DNA from: Octopus sinensis
Taxonomy: Eukaryota
Length of the DNA stretch: 64,000 nucleotides
NCBI RefSeq assembly: GCF_006345805.1
Contig: NC_042999.1
Span: 26,412,001-26,476,000, forward strand
Direction of reading: 5' to 3'
Of this stretch, positions 1 through 12,729 are shown piece after piece (position 1 is the stretch's first letter; every line of letters starts with the position of its first letter). A program made the position numbers and the translations under genes. The notes under the pieces are model-generated. The model saw nothing but the letters and a program-made list of their open reading frames with translations. It made no database searches and was not told the DNA's origin.

Positions 1-77
1 GTATGGTCGTCGAAAGGGATCATTGCATCTCACATAATTTTGCAATTCTCATTTTCAGTGACTCTTTCTGGAGTTAC

Positions 78-385
78 AATTTTCTTCTTGTCATGTAGCC
101 CATCCAGCTCAAAAGTTCCTCTGAATAAGGACTGTTTAAGGATGTTGAACAAAATACCCATGTTTCCAAAGGTGAATTTTCCAAACCTCTAAGATTTCCT
201 TTCAACACACGGCTATGATGCTTCCCCACTACTTCTGCTCGTGATCAGAGATGCACATATCGTCAGCAACTAAGGAAAATGCTCAACCTGTTGAGGTCAA
301 ACAACTGACAAGCCAATCTGTGGAATTGAGCAGAATATTTGCTGTATCTAATCGATTAAGATCAGAAGCCATGAGAGCCGCTGTC
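78..385 (-). mobile_element. Partial copy of a ~550-bp non-coding TAA-associated retroposon (SINE-like or LINE 3'UTR-like)
   Basis: Aligns by eye to 7798-8351 (e.g. ccactacttctgctcgtgatcagaga, gatcagaagccatgagagcc) and abuts the (ATT)n tract at 386. Confidence 0.8.
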
Positions 386-420
386 TTTATCATCATTATT
401 ATTATTATTATTATTATTAA

Positions 421-493
<73 letters not shown>

Positions 494-526
494 TTTATGA
501 TTATTATTATTATTATTATTTTTATG

Positions 527-597
<71 letters not shown>

Positions 598-620
598 CAT
601 TATTATTATTATTATTATTA
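386..620. repeat. (ATT/TAA)n microsatellite
   Basis: Direct inspection; it forms the 3' tail or target of the adjacent LINE. Confidence 0.98.
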
Positions 621-2512
621 TCTTCGCAAAGCTTCCAATGTCGAAGAGGCATTACGGTGTCAGTTGTTCACTACCAGTGAACTAAGGTAACACACCTGAT
701 TTTTCGAGCACCATCCGGTGTATTTGAGCGGTTCCAAGCAGTGCTGCTTTCTGCAAGTGCTCCACCCTTATTGCAGTCCCTATTTGTTCCATGTACTTCT
801 CAAGGTATTTACTTACTGTTTCCAGGGCACTGACAATTATTGCTCCTACTATTACCTTTTTCAGCGACCACAACTGCTTAACCTCCCAAGCTAACCTTTT
901 ATATGTATCGACTTTTCTTTCCTCCTTATCGCATACATTGTTGTTAGCTGGGCATGCTATATGATCCAACATCGTTTGCTTTCTTTTTCAATTAACACTA
1001 TGTCTTGCTTCCTATTTTCTTTCTCATGGTTGCACTGAATCATAAAATGCCAAAGGATATTTGCATTATCATTTTTGCTGATGCTATCAGGTTTATGTTC
1101 GTACCACTTTTTTGCTGTCAAGTCCGTACTTCTGGCAAACTGTCCAACGGACAATCCTTGCTATAGTGGCATAACATCTCTCATATTCTTTCTGGGCTAG
1201 TGGCGTACCTCGACTTGTAATACACCCTAGAATTTCACCATTTTGTCCACAACTTCTGCACTTACCACTTTCTGATGTGTTGTCTATTCAGTATTTGATG
1301 TAATTGTTTCTTAATGCCTGCTTTTGGGCAACACAGATTAGAGCCTCCGTTTCCGGTTCTAAATCCCTTTTAGTCATCCATAGCCAACTTTTTTCTCTGT
1401 TTGTCTTATCTTCAACATCCCTATCAAATTTTACATGCATTCTTTTATTTATCAACGTATTTTCACTTTCATTCAATCTCAAGTTGTTGTACAGTGCTTT
1501 ATCTTTGCAATCTTCCATCCTACACAATGCATGACCTTCTTACTTCCAATAATAGCGGTTGTTTCATTTTATTTACATAGCATGTTTCGTTGTTTTCTTC
1601 TGCTCTAATGCTGTGTTTGCATCCAATCAGTCCTCTTCCCCTTCTTTTTTTTATTTTTGTTGGTACATACAGTCTGTCTGTGTCACTTTTTGGGTGTAAT
1701 ATCCCATATCTATTCAACAACTTCCTTTTCTTTCTGTCTAATCAGTTTAGTTCGTCTACTGTTCATGCGATTATCTCTGCTCCATATCTAAAGAGTGAAA
1801 CTGCCCATGTGTTGATAACTTCAATCCCATTCCGTCCGTTGAATTTCGACTTAAGGATCAATCGCAGTTTGCGCAAGTATTACACCTAAATTTTTTGTCT
1901 TTCCAAGTACTTACAGCCCGCCTCTTCTTTCGGTTTCATAACCTCCCCCGACAGTATTACTAGCCGGTCCATACATTTGATTTTGCATCTCTTCAAGACT
2001 AACAGACCACAATTTTTTCATTCCGAACTGCATTCTGATATCAGCACTGAATGTATACATGTAGCAACGAGGGAGCTGATTTGGGATACATCTTTTCTAT
2101 AAAGTTTGAGGTCATGCATGAATAACAAGTGGTTGACACTTTGTTGGCGGCTCTTGAGTACATACTTCGCCTTTGCTTTCCTCAGAATCAGTGTTAGTTG
2201 TAACATGCATAGTACAAAGATCAGTGGGGATAGGCAGTCCTCTTGGAAGATGCTACTCCTGATTTCTATTGTATCTAAACTTCTTCCATATACACAGTTC
2301 CGTCCTCCACTTTACCATACTTTTTACAAGTAATCGCTCAACATTCGATGCAATATCAAATAGGTTCATACTTTCTATAATCCAAGAATATGGGATCATA
2401 TATATCTTAGGATAATCGATGCATGATCTGGCTAAGTTAGTTTTCATCCTCTTGCAGTCTCTAAGTACAGTTTTGTTTATCTGGAGTTGATCCTTGGAGC
2501 AGCTGCACTTAT
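621..2512 (-). mobile_element. Decayed R4/Dong-clade non-LTR retrotransposon (family A): RT, CCHC knuckle, RLE, 3'UTR, (TAA)n tail
   Basis: Frameshifted ORF pieces: KDQLQINKTVLRDCKR..IDY, VNHLLFMHDLKLY (RT YxDD region), LHPKSDTDRLYVP..GRGLI, ETEALICVAQKQAL, WYEHKPD, LQKAALLGTAQI. Confidence 0.88.
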
Positions 2513-2929
2513 GAGGTAGGTAGCAATCAGCCCGTTTTACTATGATGCACAACATGTATTGTTTAGTCTTCAGGATCCACATTTTGCTAATTTCTATTTC
2601 AAGATCTTTATATTTGCTCAGTTTTTGGTAGGTCTTGACAGATACGTTTAAATCGATTGGAACAGTCATATGTATGAGGAGGCATGATTTTTGTCTGAAG
2701 ACTTTCAATATAATGCCTGGCCTATTTGCATCTATCTTTCTGTCAGTTTGAATGGTGAAGTTCAAGAGGAATGATATGTGATCATTTTCAAGCACTGGTT
2801 GTGACTTGTGTTCTCACCAGCTTTTTATCATCGGGCAAGTCCAGGATTTTGAAAATTAAGCAGTGAATATATTGTAAAACTTTATGATCCTGTTGATATA
2901 CTGTGTAGGCACAAGAAGACTGCACATGA

Positions 2930-2930
<1 letters not shown>
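2513..2930 (-). mobile_element. R4/Dong-clade LINE family B, RLE-domain fragment
   Basis: NFTIQTDRKIDANRPGIILK..VSVKTYQKLSKYKDLEIEISKMW is nearly identical to the copy at 12829-13848; 5' side abuts (ATT)n. Confidence 0.88.
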
Positions 2931-2989
<59 letters not shown>

Positions 2990-5319
2990 GATTATTATTA
3001 TCATTATTATTATCAATATTATTATTATGATGATGATGATAATTTTAAATTATTATTATTATTGTAATTTTTCAGACGGAAGGACAAAAACGCTTTTATT
3101 TCTACCTCGTTAGAATGGAAAACATTTCAAATCTGACAATTACGGATTAGTATTTTCAAAACCACCGGTTCTGTCTGCGCAATTCCTCGGATTATTCAGG
3201 CAGGAAATTTGTAACTGGATATAAACTGTATTTTTAGTATATGGAAATAGTATGAACTCAGACGGCACATGAGCAAAACGTGTAAAAGTTATAGGCGTCT
3301 TTTTTTATGATACCTCGTATGTTCGGAGTTGGAATATTTATATTACGGATTTTTCGCCAAACCTCACCGATCTATGACAAAACTACAACTAACAACACTA
3401 TACACAACCTGTTTCTTCCATAACCATACGAAGGATTGCTACCAGCCCACTGTGGTAATTCAACTGATCTAACATCTGAGATATTGGATGGGTATATCCT
3501 AGATTCGCTTACGTAATTCACGTGCAGAATCAGAGATTACTAAACCTGTCGATTACAATACGCTTCGATACAGTTTCCCCTTCTCAGCTTATTAGGGCCA
3601 ACATGTTGTTATAGATATTAACACTAACCGAAGCTTCTTCGGAGTGGGACCAAATCCATTATTTTGTGGTTGTATAAGAATTCCTCATTCATACACTCAA
3701 ATAAATACTAAATACAAACGCAATCATTAAATTTGAATATTTATGTTTTGCGAACTTAGCTAATAGCGGAAGTTAATTATAACATTCCTGTTAGGAATAA
3801 GAACGAATTACAATTTCAAAGAACCTACATAAAAGAGCAAAAACAAAAATCAATAACACAGAAAAACAAACATAACCATAACGCCATAATAATAATAAAA
3901 GTAATAATAATCCTGATGATGATGAAAATGATGGGATGATGGTGGTGGTGATGATGATGATGACGACGACGACGACAACGACGATGAAGATGATGATAAT
4001 AATAATAATAATTATTATTATTATTACTATTATTATTATTATAATTATTGAATTAAGAGCTTCGTATTGAGAAAGAATAGGACCAAAAATAAGACCAAGA
4101 GTAAAATCAAAGATAGTATTTGTTTATCGTGACTTTATCATGTATTTTCTAATATAAACCAATCCTTTTAATGTATTATTGGAACCGAATGCTCCATTTA
4201 AGAACCCATGTTTGACCCTGGCTCAGCTCAGCTCCAGCACGTCTGCAGTCCAATACATGCCATACTTGAACGTTTCATTCTCTTTTAGACTCTGCTATAG
4301 CTACGATTACTAATGTATCAAATATGTCTTTCTTTTATCAATAATGCATATGATATAAGCGTGGTAAGTACAGTCTTATTTCTATCAGAGTTAATGTCCA
4401 TGTAGAACTCTATATCGTTACGTCATGCTATTCCCTTTGTTGAATCTGAAATTTATGCATACAGTACAACTGAGAAATCGTTATTCATATTTAAATACGC
4501 ATGCAGTTGAATCTCATCTATTTATCATAGTGAAGAACATGGAAAACAGATTATCTATTTATTTAATAGACAAAATGCCCCGCGTTTACAATTTTTACAT
4601 ATTTAATCACTCTTTGTAAAAATGGTTTCAAAGTTTAAACGTTATATCTATTATGCTTTTGCTCGAGTGTTGCGTTTGAAACAATCTTAGAGGTGAAATG
4701 AAATCTGAACCAAACTGCTAAATACTGTGAAACGAAAGACGAAAGCCTATAAATCTATGCAGCAACCGAGAAATAGGAATATTTATAAGGCATAAAATTT
4801 CCTGGGTTCCAAATGCATTATATAATTTCACTACGTCGCTGAGATAATAATATATTGTAGAGACGTATTGAATGAACAGAAGTGTTCAGGCACGTCTCTT
4901 TAAGTTCTGACTTTATATCACACTAAAACTGAATGCGTTACTCAATATTCTATGGTCGAGAAAATACTGCTCACATAAAGCAGTCGATATAATCAATAAA
5001 TTGGCATATTAATTATATTTTAGTTATTGCTGCAATTCAGAACAAGCTCTACATTGAAGAACCATGGTATTCCAGATATGGCTACTAAGTTTTGTTATCA
5101 ACGTATCGAGGACAATGTCAATTGTGTGTAAGAGTGATATTTAAAAAAGCATTAGCAACTAATTTTGCCTGTTACATTTTGCCTTTTCCTTGGGTAAATA
5201 TACAAGTATATTATCATCAATTTGTTATTTTAGTGTTTGATATGTTTACAAACGCTTCGTATTATCCGAATGTGACTGCATTCGATACATGTTACCCGAG
5301 TATAGAATCATTACCACGA

Positions 5320-5417
5320 CGGGCAAAATACTTAGTAGTATTTCATCTGCCTTTATTTTCTCAGTTGAAATTCTGCCGAGGTCGAATTTGCCTTTCATCC
5401 TTTCGGGCCCGATAAAG
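5320..5417 (+). mobile_element. Fragment of tRNA-derived SINE family 2
   Basis: aaattctgccgaggtcgaatttgcctttcatcctttcgggcccgataaa matches the reverse complement of the copies at 54979-55208 and 58368-58598. Confidence 0.75.
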
Positions 5418-5454
5418 TGAACCATCGCTATTATGCGTTCGTGTTTGCTCATAC

Positions 5455-5850
5455 ACCTTTAACCAGCGCATGTCAGCCATCACGATCCTACATCCGTTGA
5501 GAGATACCTTCGGGGTGATCATCAACATACGTTCTGTTCGGACGACCTGCTCCAGTACAGGGTAGCAGATCTCCATATATTCCTATTTTAGTGGAATGAG
5601 TTCTTTAACATTTAAGACCGTATTTAACATTCAGATGTACACTCTATTTAGCTTGAAGTCCGTTTTTTGGTAAAACCCCAGGTTGTTTGCCCCATTTAAA
5701 TGGAAAAATCCTACAGTTTCATGGAGAAAAAAATACTCTTAAAATTGACTAACAACATCCAGTTTGTCTAGAGCCGACCATGCTTTGGATGTCCGAGGTT
5801 TTACACCATTTTTTCAGTTGAAGCTATGTCAGAATTTGGGTTCCATCGGT
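5455..5850 (-). pseudogene. Highly decayed RTE-clade LINE RT C-terminal fragment
   Basis: Minus-strand translation pieces resemble RTE motifs (RTSKAWSALDKL, YGDLLP, DRDG*); many frameshifts. Confidence 0.5.
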
Positions 5851-6070
5851 TACGACGACGCCTGTCCCAGTCGTGTCGATCCTGTCAATTTGATAGATGT
5901 GATCTTCACTGATGTTTGTGATTGATATCTGTTTATTGTGAGCAATGAACTTGGTTTTACTAGGATTAGCAAGAAGTGCAAATCATGTGCAGTGAATTCT
6001 GGACTATGAATTAATTGGGTTGAGTTCAATGTTTAGTCAGAATGCAAGGTTAAATCATTAGCATATTCTA

Positions 6071-7032
6071 TTGGGTCGGCAACTAAGTTCCCGCTGCTTT
6101 TTTAAACTTAATTTTTTTAAAAGGTTTCATAAAAAATAACAACAAATTAATCAATAATGTATTAACTCTAGTTGTTTACAACTTCTTCCCAACGTTCAAC
6201 AAGATTTTCAATACCTCGTTGGTAGAAATCACATGATTCCTACTCCAAGAATTGATCCAGCCAAGTTCTCAATTCTGTATCAGTATTGAACGAAACTCTG
6301 CGCATAGCATTTGAAAGAGTTCGAAAGAGGTGGAAATCTTTTGGTGCCAAATCAGGAGAGTACGGCGGGTGTGGCAACACTTCCCAGCCATGCGTTTGAA
6401 TGGCTTCCTTGGTCATATTGGCGATTTGAGGGCGGGCGTTGTCGTGCAGCAGAACTCCATGCTGCCGTTTAGGTTTTTTCTCTTGAATAACCGTGTTGAG
6501 TCGTCCTATCTGTTGAACATAGAGTTTCACGTTGATCGTTTGGTTCCGTTCAAGCGATTCCTAATGGATAATCCCTTCGCAGTCCCACCATACGCACAAC
6601 ATCGTTTTACGTGAATGAAGATTTTGTTTCACGCGCGTTATCGCTTGCTTACCGAGGCTAAGCAATTCCTCACGCTGCTTCATATTGATGTACAGGCACC
6701 ATTTTCCGTCGCCAGTAACGATTCGGTAAAGAAATCGTTGCTTGTGTCCATGAGTTGAGTGGTGACGAGCAAGCAAACCAGCGGAGAATGTGGCTCGTTG
6801 ATTTTTGTTGTTGTCACTTAAAGCATGCGGAACCCATGCTCCAAACTTCTGAACCTTTCCCATCGAGTGAAGATGCTTCTCTATAGCAGTGTGGGAGCAT
6901 TCCATTTTCTCTACCAGTTCCCTTGTCGTCTGAGGAGAATTTTCGCGCAAAAGTTGGTTTAATCGCCCTTCATCGAACTCAGCACCTTCTCCATACACAG
7001 CACAAATGTCGCGAGCAGCTTTTGCGGCCTTA
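6071..7032 (-). mobile_element. Mariner (DD34D) transposon relic with its 3' TIR, frameshifted and internally deleted
   Basis: ORFs 6561-7082 (KAARDICAVYGE, WVPHAL, IVTGDGKW) and 6240-6530 (LHDNARP, HPPYSPDLAPKDFHLF); TA followed by ttgggtcggcaactaag TIR at 6069-6087. Confidence 0.93.
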
Positions 7033-7264
7033 GGAATAATGGTCCAGTCAAATAGATCTGCTCGATGCATGCGCCTGTTCATCCATCAGGGAAGATGAAA
7101 AGTTACTGCCCTACTAATGAATTTTGTTTCTGTTTTCTTTTTCTGTTATCTTACTGTTCATGCACCTTCTCACACCATACACTAATGTGCGGCATAATCA
7201 TGTAGCATTCCCGACCTATTTATAAACTCCCATATAGATAAAATTGTAGCTGTTATTATTAAAT

Positions 7265-7732
7265 GAGAGAGAGAGAGAGAGAGAGAGAGCAGTGCATGCC
7301 ATCAAAGTGACACTGGGGTAAAATATACGAAGCCCAGTATACCCATCACGACTAACCGTCTTATAATAGTACACCAGGCACATGCATCCCAACCATATGT
7401 GCGCGACATAAGGATCTCATATCAAGATAAACAACCACTGGCCTTGCAAGTGGGACCCAGTTAAAATTTGCTTGAGCCCATCCCACTCAAAAGGTCCCTT
7501 TCAAAGGGTTGTTTAAGGATGTTGAAGGAAACACCTATGTTTCCAGAAGTGAATTATTCAAACCCCAAAGAATCCCTCTCAACACATGGTTCTCATGCTC
7601 CCCATCTACATCTGCTCATGATCCGATGTGCACATATCGTTAGCCATTAAGGTACATGCCCAACTGCTTAAGGTCAAGCAAATGACATGCAAATCTCCGC
7701 TATCGAACAGAATATTTGGCGCAGCCCATTTT
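7265..7732 (-). mobile_element. 5'-truncated copy of the TAA-associated ~550-bp retroposon
   Basis: Collinear with 7798-8260 and flanked by ATT runs. Confidence 0.85.
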
Positions 7733-7763
7733 TATTATTATATTATTATTATTATTATTATTA

Positions 7764-7797
<34 letters not shown>

Positions 7798-8351
7798 GAG
7801 TGAGAGAGCAGTGCATGCCATCAAAGTGACACTGGAGTAAAATATACGAAGCCCAGTATACCCATCATGACCACCCGTCTGATAAGGGTACACTAGGCAC
7901 ATGCATCACAACCATATGTCCGTGACATGGTGATCTCATATCAAGATCAGCAGCACATGACCTTGCAGGTGGGGCCCAGTTAGAATTTTCTTCTGGTCGA
8001 GTAACGCATCCCGCTCAAAAGGTCCCTGAGGAAGGGTCGTTTAAGGACGTTGAACGAAACACTTTTTTCCAGAGGTGAATTATTCAAACCCCAAAGAATC
8101 CCTCTCAACACATGTCTATGATGCTCCCCCACTACTTCTGCTCGTGATCAGAGATTCGTATATCGTCAGCCGCTAAGGGACATGGTCAACTGGTTAAGGT
8201 CAAACAACTGACAAGCAAATCTGTGGTATTGAGCAGAATATTTGCTGTAGCCCATCTTTTATACCAAGACAAAACAATGTACGTGATAACACTTCCAATC
8301 AGTTAAGATCAGAAGCCATGAGAGCCACTGTCTGGTACTGCATCAGGGCAA
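7798..8351 (-). mobile_element. Longest copy of the TAA-associated ~550-bp retroposon
   Basis: Four related copies in the window; (ATT)n on both sides; no credible ORF and no tRNA head seen. Confidence 0.85.
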
Positions 8352-8353
8352 TA

Positions 8354-8402
<49 letters not shown>

Positions 8403-8403
<1 letters not shown>

Positions 8404-8495
8404 TTTTTTTCTTCTTTCAAATTTGCTTCCATTTCTTGCCGAGTATCTTCCCGACTCCCAGGGCAAAGAAACTCATAGTATACATTGGTAGGCCA
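8403..8495 (-). mobile_element. ~90-bp 3'UTR stub of an R4/Dong-type LINE inserted in (TAA)n
   Basis: Reverse complement of 12638-12730; related to the LINE 3' end at 52866-52935 (cactcggc.agaaa.ggaag.aaatttgaa). Confidence 0.75.
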
Positions 8496-8531
8496 TTATT
8501 ATTATTATTAATATTATTATTATTATTATTA

Positions 8532-8580
<49 letters not shown>

Positions 8581-8667
8581 TATTATTATTATTATAATCA
8601 TTATTATTAATATTATTATTATTATTATTATTATTATCATTATTATTATTATATTATTATTATTAGT

Positions 8668-9860
8668 ATTCAGTAGTTTTATTTTTATAGCGTGCTTTCA
8701 CTTCACTACCGAGCGCAGCTCTGTGTGCCTTGGGTATGTGCTGTGATTTGTTGTGATGCTCTGATGGTTATTGTATGGAAAGTGTTCTGCGTAGGATGTG
8801 CGCAGTGCCTAGTAGTGCAATTTTCTGTATGTTATATGTGTTTGTAAGTCCTGGTGTTTTTGTTATGTATTTGTCTGAATATTTTTTTATCATGCCTAAT
8901 GCACCTACTATGATAGGAATTGCTTCTGTTTTCAGATTCCACATTCTAGTTACCTCTATTTCCAGGTCTTTGTATTTTGAGAGTTTCTCCATTTCTTTTA
9001 GAGACACGTTGTCATCTGCCGGTATTGATACATCAATTAGAAAGCATTTCTTTTCTTCATGATCTCTGACAACTATATCTGGTCTGTTGGCCTTAATTTC
9101 TCTATCTGTGTGTATCGGCATATCCCAGAGTATGGTTGCTTTCTCGTTTTCTGTGACCTTTTCTGGTGTGTGCCTATACCATCTTTTTTCTGTTGTTATT
9201 CCATAATGTTGACATAGCTTCCAATGTATGTAGGTTCCAACTCTGTCATGTCTGTGAATATATTCCTTCTTAGCCAGGACTGGGCAGCTAGAGATAATAT
9301 GATTTATTGTTTCTTGTCCATCTCCACATATTCTGCAGTTACTTGTAATATTTCTTTCCATTACATGTTTTTCGTAATTTCTGGTGGGGAGGGTTTGGTT
9401 TTGTGCTGCAACTAAAAATCCCTCTGTTTCTGCTTTGAGTCCTGAGCTTCTCAACCATTGCTGGGATTTTTCTTTGTCTATTTCTTTTGCGTTTAGTTTA
9501 GTCCAGTATTTACCATGAAGGGGCTTTTCTTGCCATCGTTTTATCATGGTTCGTTGCTGTTCTATTTTTAGTTTGGATTTCATTTGTTTTATAGCCTTTG
9601 TTGTTTCTTCATCTTCTTCTTCTTCTTCTTCTTCTTCTTCTTCTTCTTCTTCTTCTTCTTCTTCTTCTTCTTCTTCTTCTTCTTCTTCTTCTTCTTCTCT
9701 TCTTCTTCTTCATGTTTATTAGGTGGTATGATTTCGTGTTTGTATTTGTCAGCTTCCTTAAATACTGAGAACAGTTTTTTGTTTTGCTCGTGTTTTGCCG
9801 CTATCTGGATCAGTTTTCCTTCCTTCTGAAGTAGATATTTTTGCAGTCCTATGGTGGTTT
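8668..9860 (-). mobile_element. 5'-truncated R4/Dong-clade LINE (family C) embedded in (TAA)n
   Basis: Contains an open RLE frame, a ~100-nt 3'UTR and a TAA tail; TAA tract also on the 5' side. Confidence 0.93.
8768..9583 (-). CDS. C-terminal region of non-LTR retrotransposon protein: CCHC zinc knuckle plus PD-(D/E)xK restriction-like endonuclease
   Basis: WQEKPLHGKY, LKAETEGFLVAAQ, CRICGDGQETINHIISSC, HRHD, NRPDIVV..FLIDVS, KLSKYKDL, IQKIALLGTAHILR; open for 271 aa but only a fragment of the element ORF. Confidence 0.9.
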   Translation of the reverse strand: MKSKLKIEQQRTMIKRWQEKPLHGKYWTKLNAKEIDKEKSQQWLRSSGLKAETEGFLVAAQNQTLPTRNYEKHVMERNITSNCRICGDGQETINHIISSCPVLAKKEYIHRHDRVGTYIHWKLCQHYGITTEKRWYRHTPEKVTENEKATILWDMPIHTDREIKANRPDIVVRDHEEKKCFLIDVSIPADDNVSLKEMEKLSKYKDLEIEVTRMWNLKTEAIPIIVGALGMIKKYSDKYITKTPGLTNTYNIQKIALLGTAHILRRTLSIQ

Positions 9861-9869
9861 ATTATTATA

Positions 9870-9940
<71 letters not shown>

Positions 9941-10261
9941 CGGCATTAGTAGTTGAGGTGTCAAGAATGGAAATTCATGTAGTCATCTTGCAAATACTAA
10001 TATTTTCAATAGCACCTAGTGAAAGTCATTAAGTTCAATTAGAACAAGATTTGCTATAATAGGTATTGCACTAATGAGACTACTTCGCAATGTTTGGTTC
10101 CAACAATTTATCTCACGACCACAGTTTCTGCTGGGAACAATTTTGCCATTTATACGACCGGGTTCAATCGAACGAAAAAACGTAAAATTGTGGCGTAGCC
10201 ATTTTCAGAATAGCTTTAAAACAAGAGGGTTTGATCAGGCAAAAAGAATATATAAAGATAA

Positions 10262-10343
10262 ACAGCAGCAGCAGCAGCAGCAATTTTAGTAGTGGTAGCA
10301 GCAGCAATACGAACAGCGGCAGCAATGATAGTAGTAGTAGTAA

Positions 10344-10388
<45 letters not shown>

Positions 10389-10438
10389 CAGCAGTAGTGG
10401 TGGTGGTGGTGGTGGTGGTGGTGGTAGTAGTAGTAGTG

Positions 10439-10481
<43 letters not shown>

Positions 10482-10493
10482 TATAGTATAGTA

Positions 10494-10569
<76 letters not shown>

Positions 10570-10570
10570 A
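10262..10570. repeat. Compound (AGC)/(AGT)/(GGT) trinucleotide microsatellite
   Basis: Direct inspection. Confidence 0.95.
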
Positions 10571-11050
10571 TGGTAGTATTTGTGGGGTTTGTTGTAGCGT
10601 TTGCGGTGAAGTTATTGTAGTTTTTTTTTTTTTTTTATTTAATTATAAGTCAGTGGACGGTGAAAACATACCGCAACCAATTTAGCAATAACTGTGAAAC
10701 ATTTGCCAATGTGACAAATATCCATTAAGGAATGTAAACCGCGGTGTCATAAATGTGTGCGTTAGGTTACCAATTGGGAGATTAAATTTCTCTTTACGAC
10801 TCACATTACTTTCTCAGAAGTGAAAGTTTATAGCAATGTCCCGTGAGATGCGCAGACTTTAGAAGTAAAACGCTAATTCAATCATGTTTTACAATCTGAT
10901 GCAAACGAGTAGAAGCCGTAACACGTTTAACATTTATGTCCACAAATGAAGTTAAAAATGACAATAGAATATGTTATATCTCTACGTACTTATACGCCAT
11001 ATAAGATATCGCTTCAATTTCTAAACGTGTGTGTTTGTGAGTGCGCGTGT

Positions 11051-11800
11051 ATGTGTGTGTAGTAAATATATCGTATACATATTTGTGTGTGTGTGTAGTA
11101 AATATATCGTATACATATTTGTGTGTGTGTGTGTGTGTAGTAATATATCGTATACAAATTTGTGTGTGTGTGTATGTGTGTGTAGTAAATATATCGTATA
11201 CATATTTGTGTGTGTGTGTGTAGTAAATATATCGTATACATATTTGTGTGTGTGTGTAGTAAAATATCGTATACAAATTGTGTGTGTGTGTAGTAAAATA
11301 TCGTATACATATTGTGTGTGTGTGTAGTAAATATATCGTATACATATTTGTGTGTGTGTGTGTGTAGTAACTATATCGTATACAAATTTGTGTGTGTGTG
11401 TAGTAAATATATCGTATACATATTTGTGTGTGTGTGTAGTAAATATATCGTATACATATTTGTGTGTGTGTGTAGTAACTATATCGTATACATATTTGTG
11501 TGTGTGTGTAGTAAATATATCGTATACATATTTGTGTGTGTAGTAAATATATCGTATACATATTTGTGTGTGTGTGTAGTAAATATATCGTATACATATT
11601 TGTGTGTGTGTGTAGTAAATATATCGAATACATATTTGTGTGTGTGTGTGTAGTAAATATATCGTATACATATTTGTGTGTGTGTGTAGTAAATATATCG
11701 TATACATATTTGTGTGTGTGTGTAGTAAATACATCGTATACATATTTGTATGTGTGTGTAGTAAATATATCGTATACATATTTGTGTGTGTGTGTGTATG
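11051..11800. repeat. Minisatellite of ~23 units of ~29-40 bp: AGTAAATATATCGTATACATATTT plus variable (GT)n
   Basis: Direct inspection; constant core with variable GT spacer. Confidence 0.97.
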
Positions 11801-11920
11801 TGTGTATAAATACTTGCACAAAATACATAGACATGCGCTCATTCATTCATTTGCTTTCATGTGTCGCTCATATATACATACATACGTACTTACATACACA
11901 CATGCATACATCGATATATA

Positions 11921-12195
11921 CGAGGGGTGTATGAAAAGTTTTGAGTCTAACCAAGAAACGTGGCAGCTAGGTAGCTGAAACATTTTTTTCTGGTAAATAC
12001 AGTCTTTTCGGAGTATTCTTGTTCATTTTCATGATTCTGATATTTAATTTTTTTTGTTGTTGCAGATTTTTCAATAAACAAGTGTTGAGATTACAAGGAA
12101 AATGGAGAAAAATTGAGTATCTTGCTGACATAATGTACCTTCATTTGGAAGGCATGACTCCATCAGAAATCCATGAAGATATGGTGAGAACCTTG
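11921..12195 (+). mobile_element. 5' end of a second mariner-family element (TIR plus N-terminal HTH), truncated
   Basis: TA followed by cgaggggtgtatgaaaagtttt TIR-like start; MEKIEYLADIMYLHLEGMTPSEIHEDMVRTL resembles the mariner N-terminal HTH. Confidence 0.75.
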
Positions 12196-12270
12196 TCTAT
12201 CTACTCTTGTTGTGAATTGAGAGATGGTTAAATACTACGGTGCATTTTTACCTACACTTTGTTACGAAGG

Positions 12271-12295
12271 ACTACTACTACTACTACTACTACTA

Positions 12296-12333
<38 letters not shown>

Positions 12334-12348
12334 TCTACTACTACTACT

Positions 12349-12382
<34 letters not shown>

Positions 12383-12436
12383 GTAACAATAACAATAATA
12401 ATGATGATAATAATAATAATAATAATAATAATGATG

Positions 12437-12473
<37 letters not shown>

Positions 12474-12517
12474 TGATGATGATGATAATAATAATAATGA
12501 TAATAATAATAATGATG

Positions 12518-12580
<63 letters not shown>

Positions 12581-12585
12581 TAATG
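12271..12585. repeat. (CTA)n/(TAA)n/(TGA)n compound microsatellite
   Basis: Direct inspection. Confidence 0.95.
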
Positions 12586-12637
12586 TATTTTAATTTAACT
12601 TAAAAAAAACTGAACGAACTATTGAGTTTGGTTTAAT

Positions 12638-12729
12638 GGCCTACCAATGTATACTATGAGTTTCTTTGCCCTAGGAGTCGGGAAGACACTCGGCAAGAAA
12701 TGGAAGCAAATTTGAAAGAAGAAAAAAAA

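Noticed and set aside
251-685. Poly-I/N/L/Y ORFs here and poly-YI/HT/CV/SIYL ORFs throughout the window
   Set aside because: They are translations of stop-free microsatellites, not genes
3545-3680. Very old SINE family 1 remnant
   Set aside because: Only scattered short matches
8290-8351. HDV-like ribozyme at the 5' end of the TAA retroposon
   Set aside because: I could not assemble P1/P3/P1.1/P4 locally by eye
11051-11800. CRISPR-like repeat array
   Set aside because: Spacers are simple GT runs, there are no cas genes, and the context is eukaryotic
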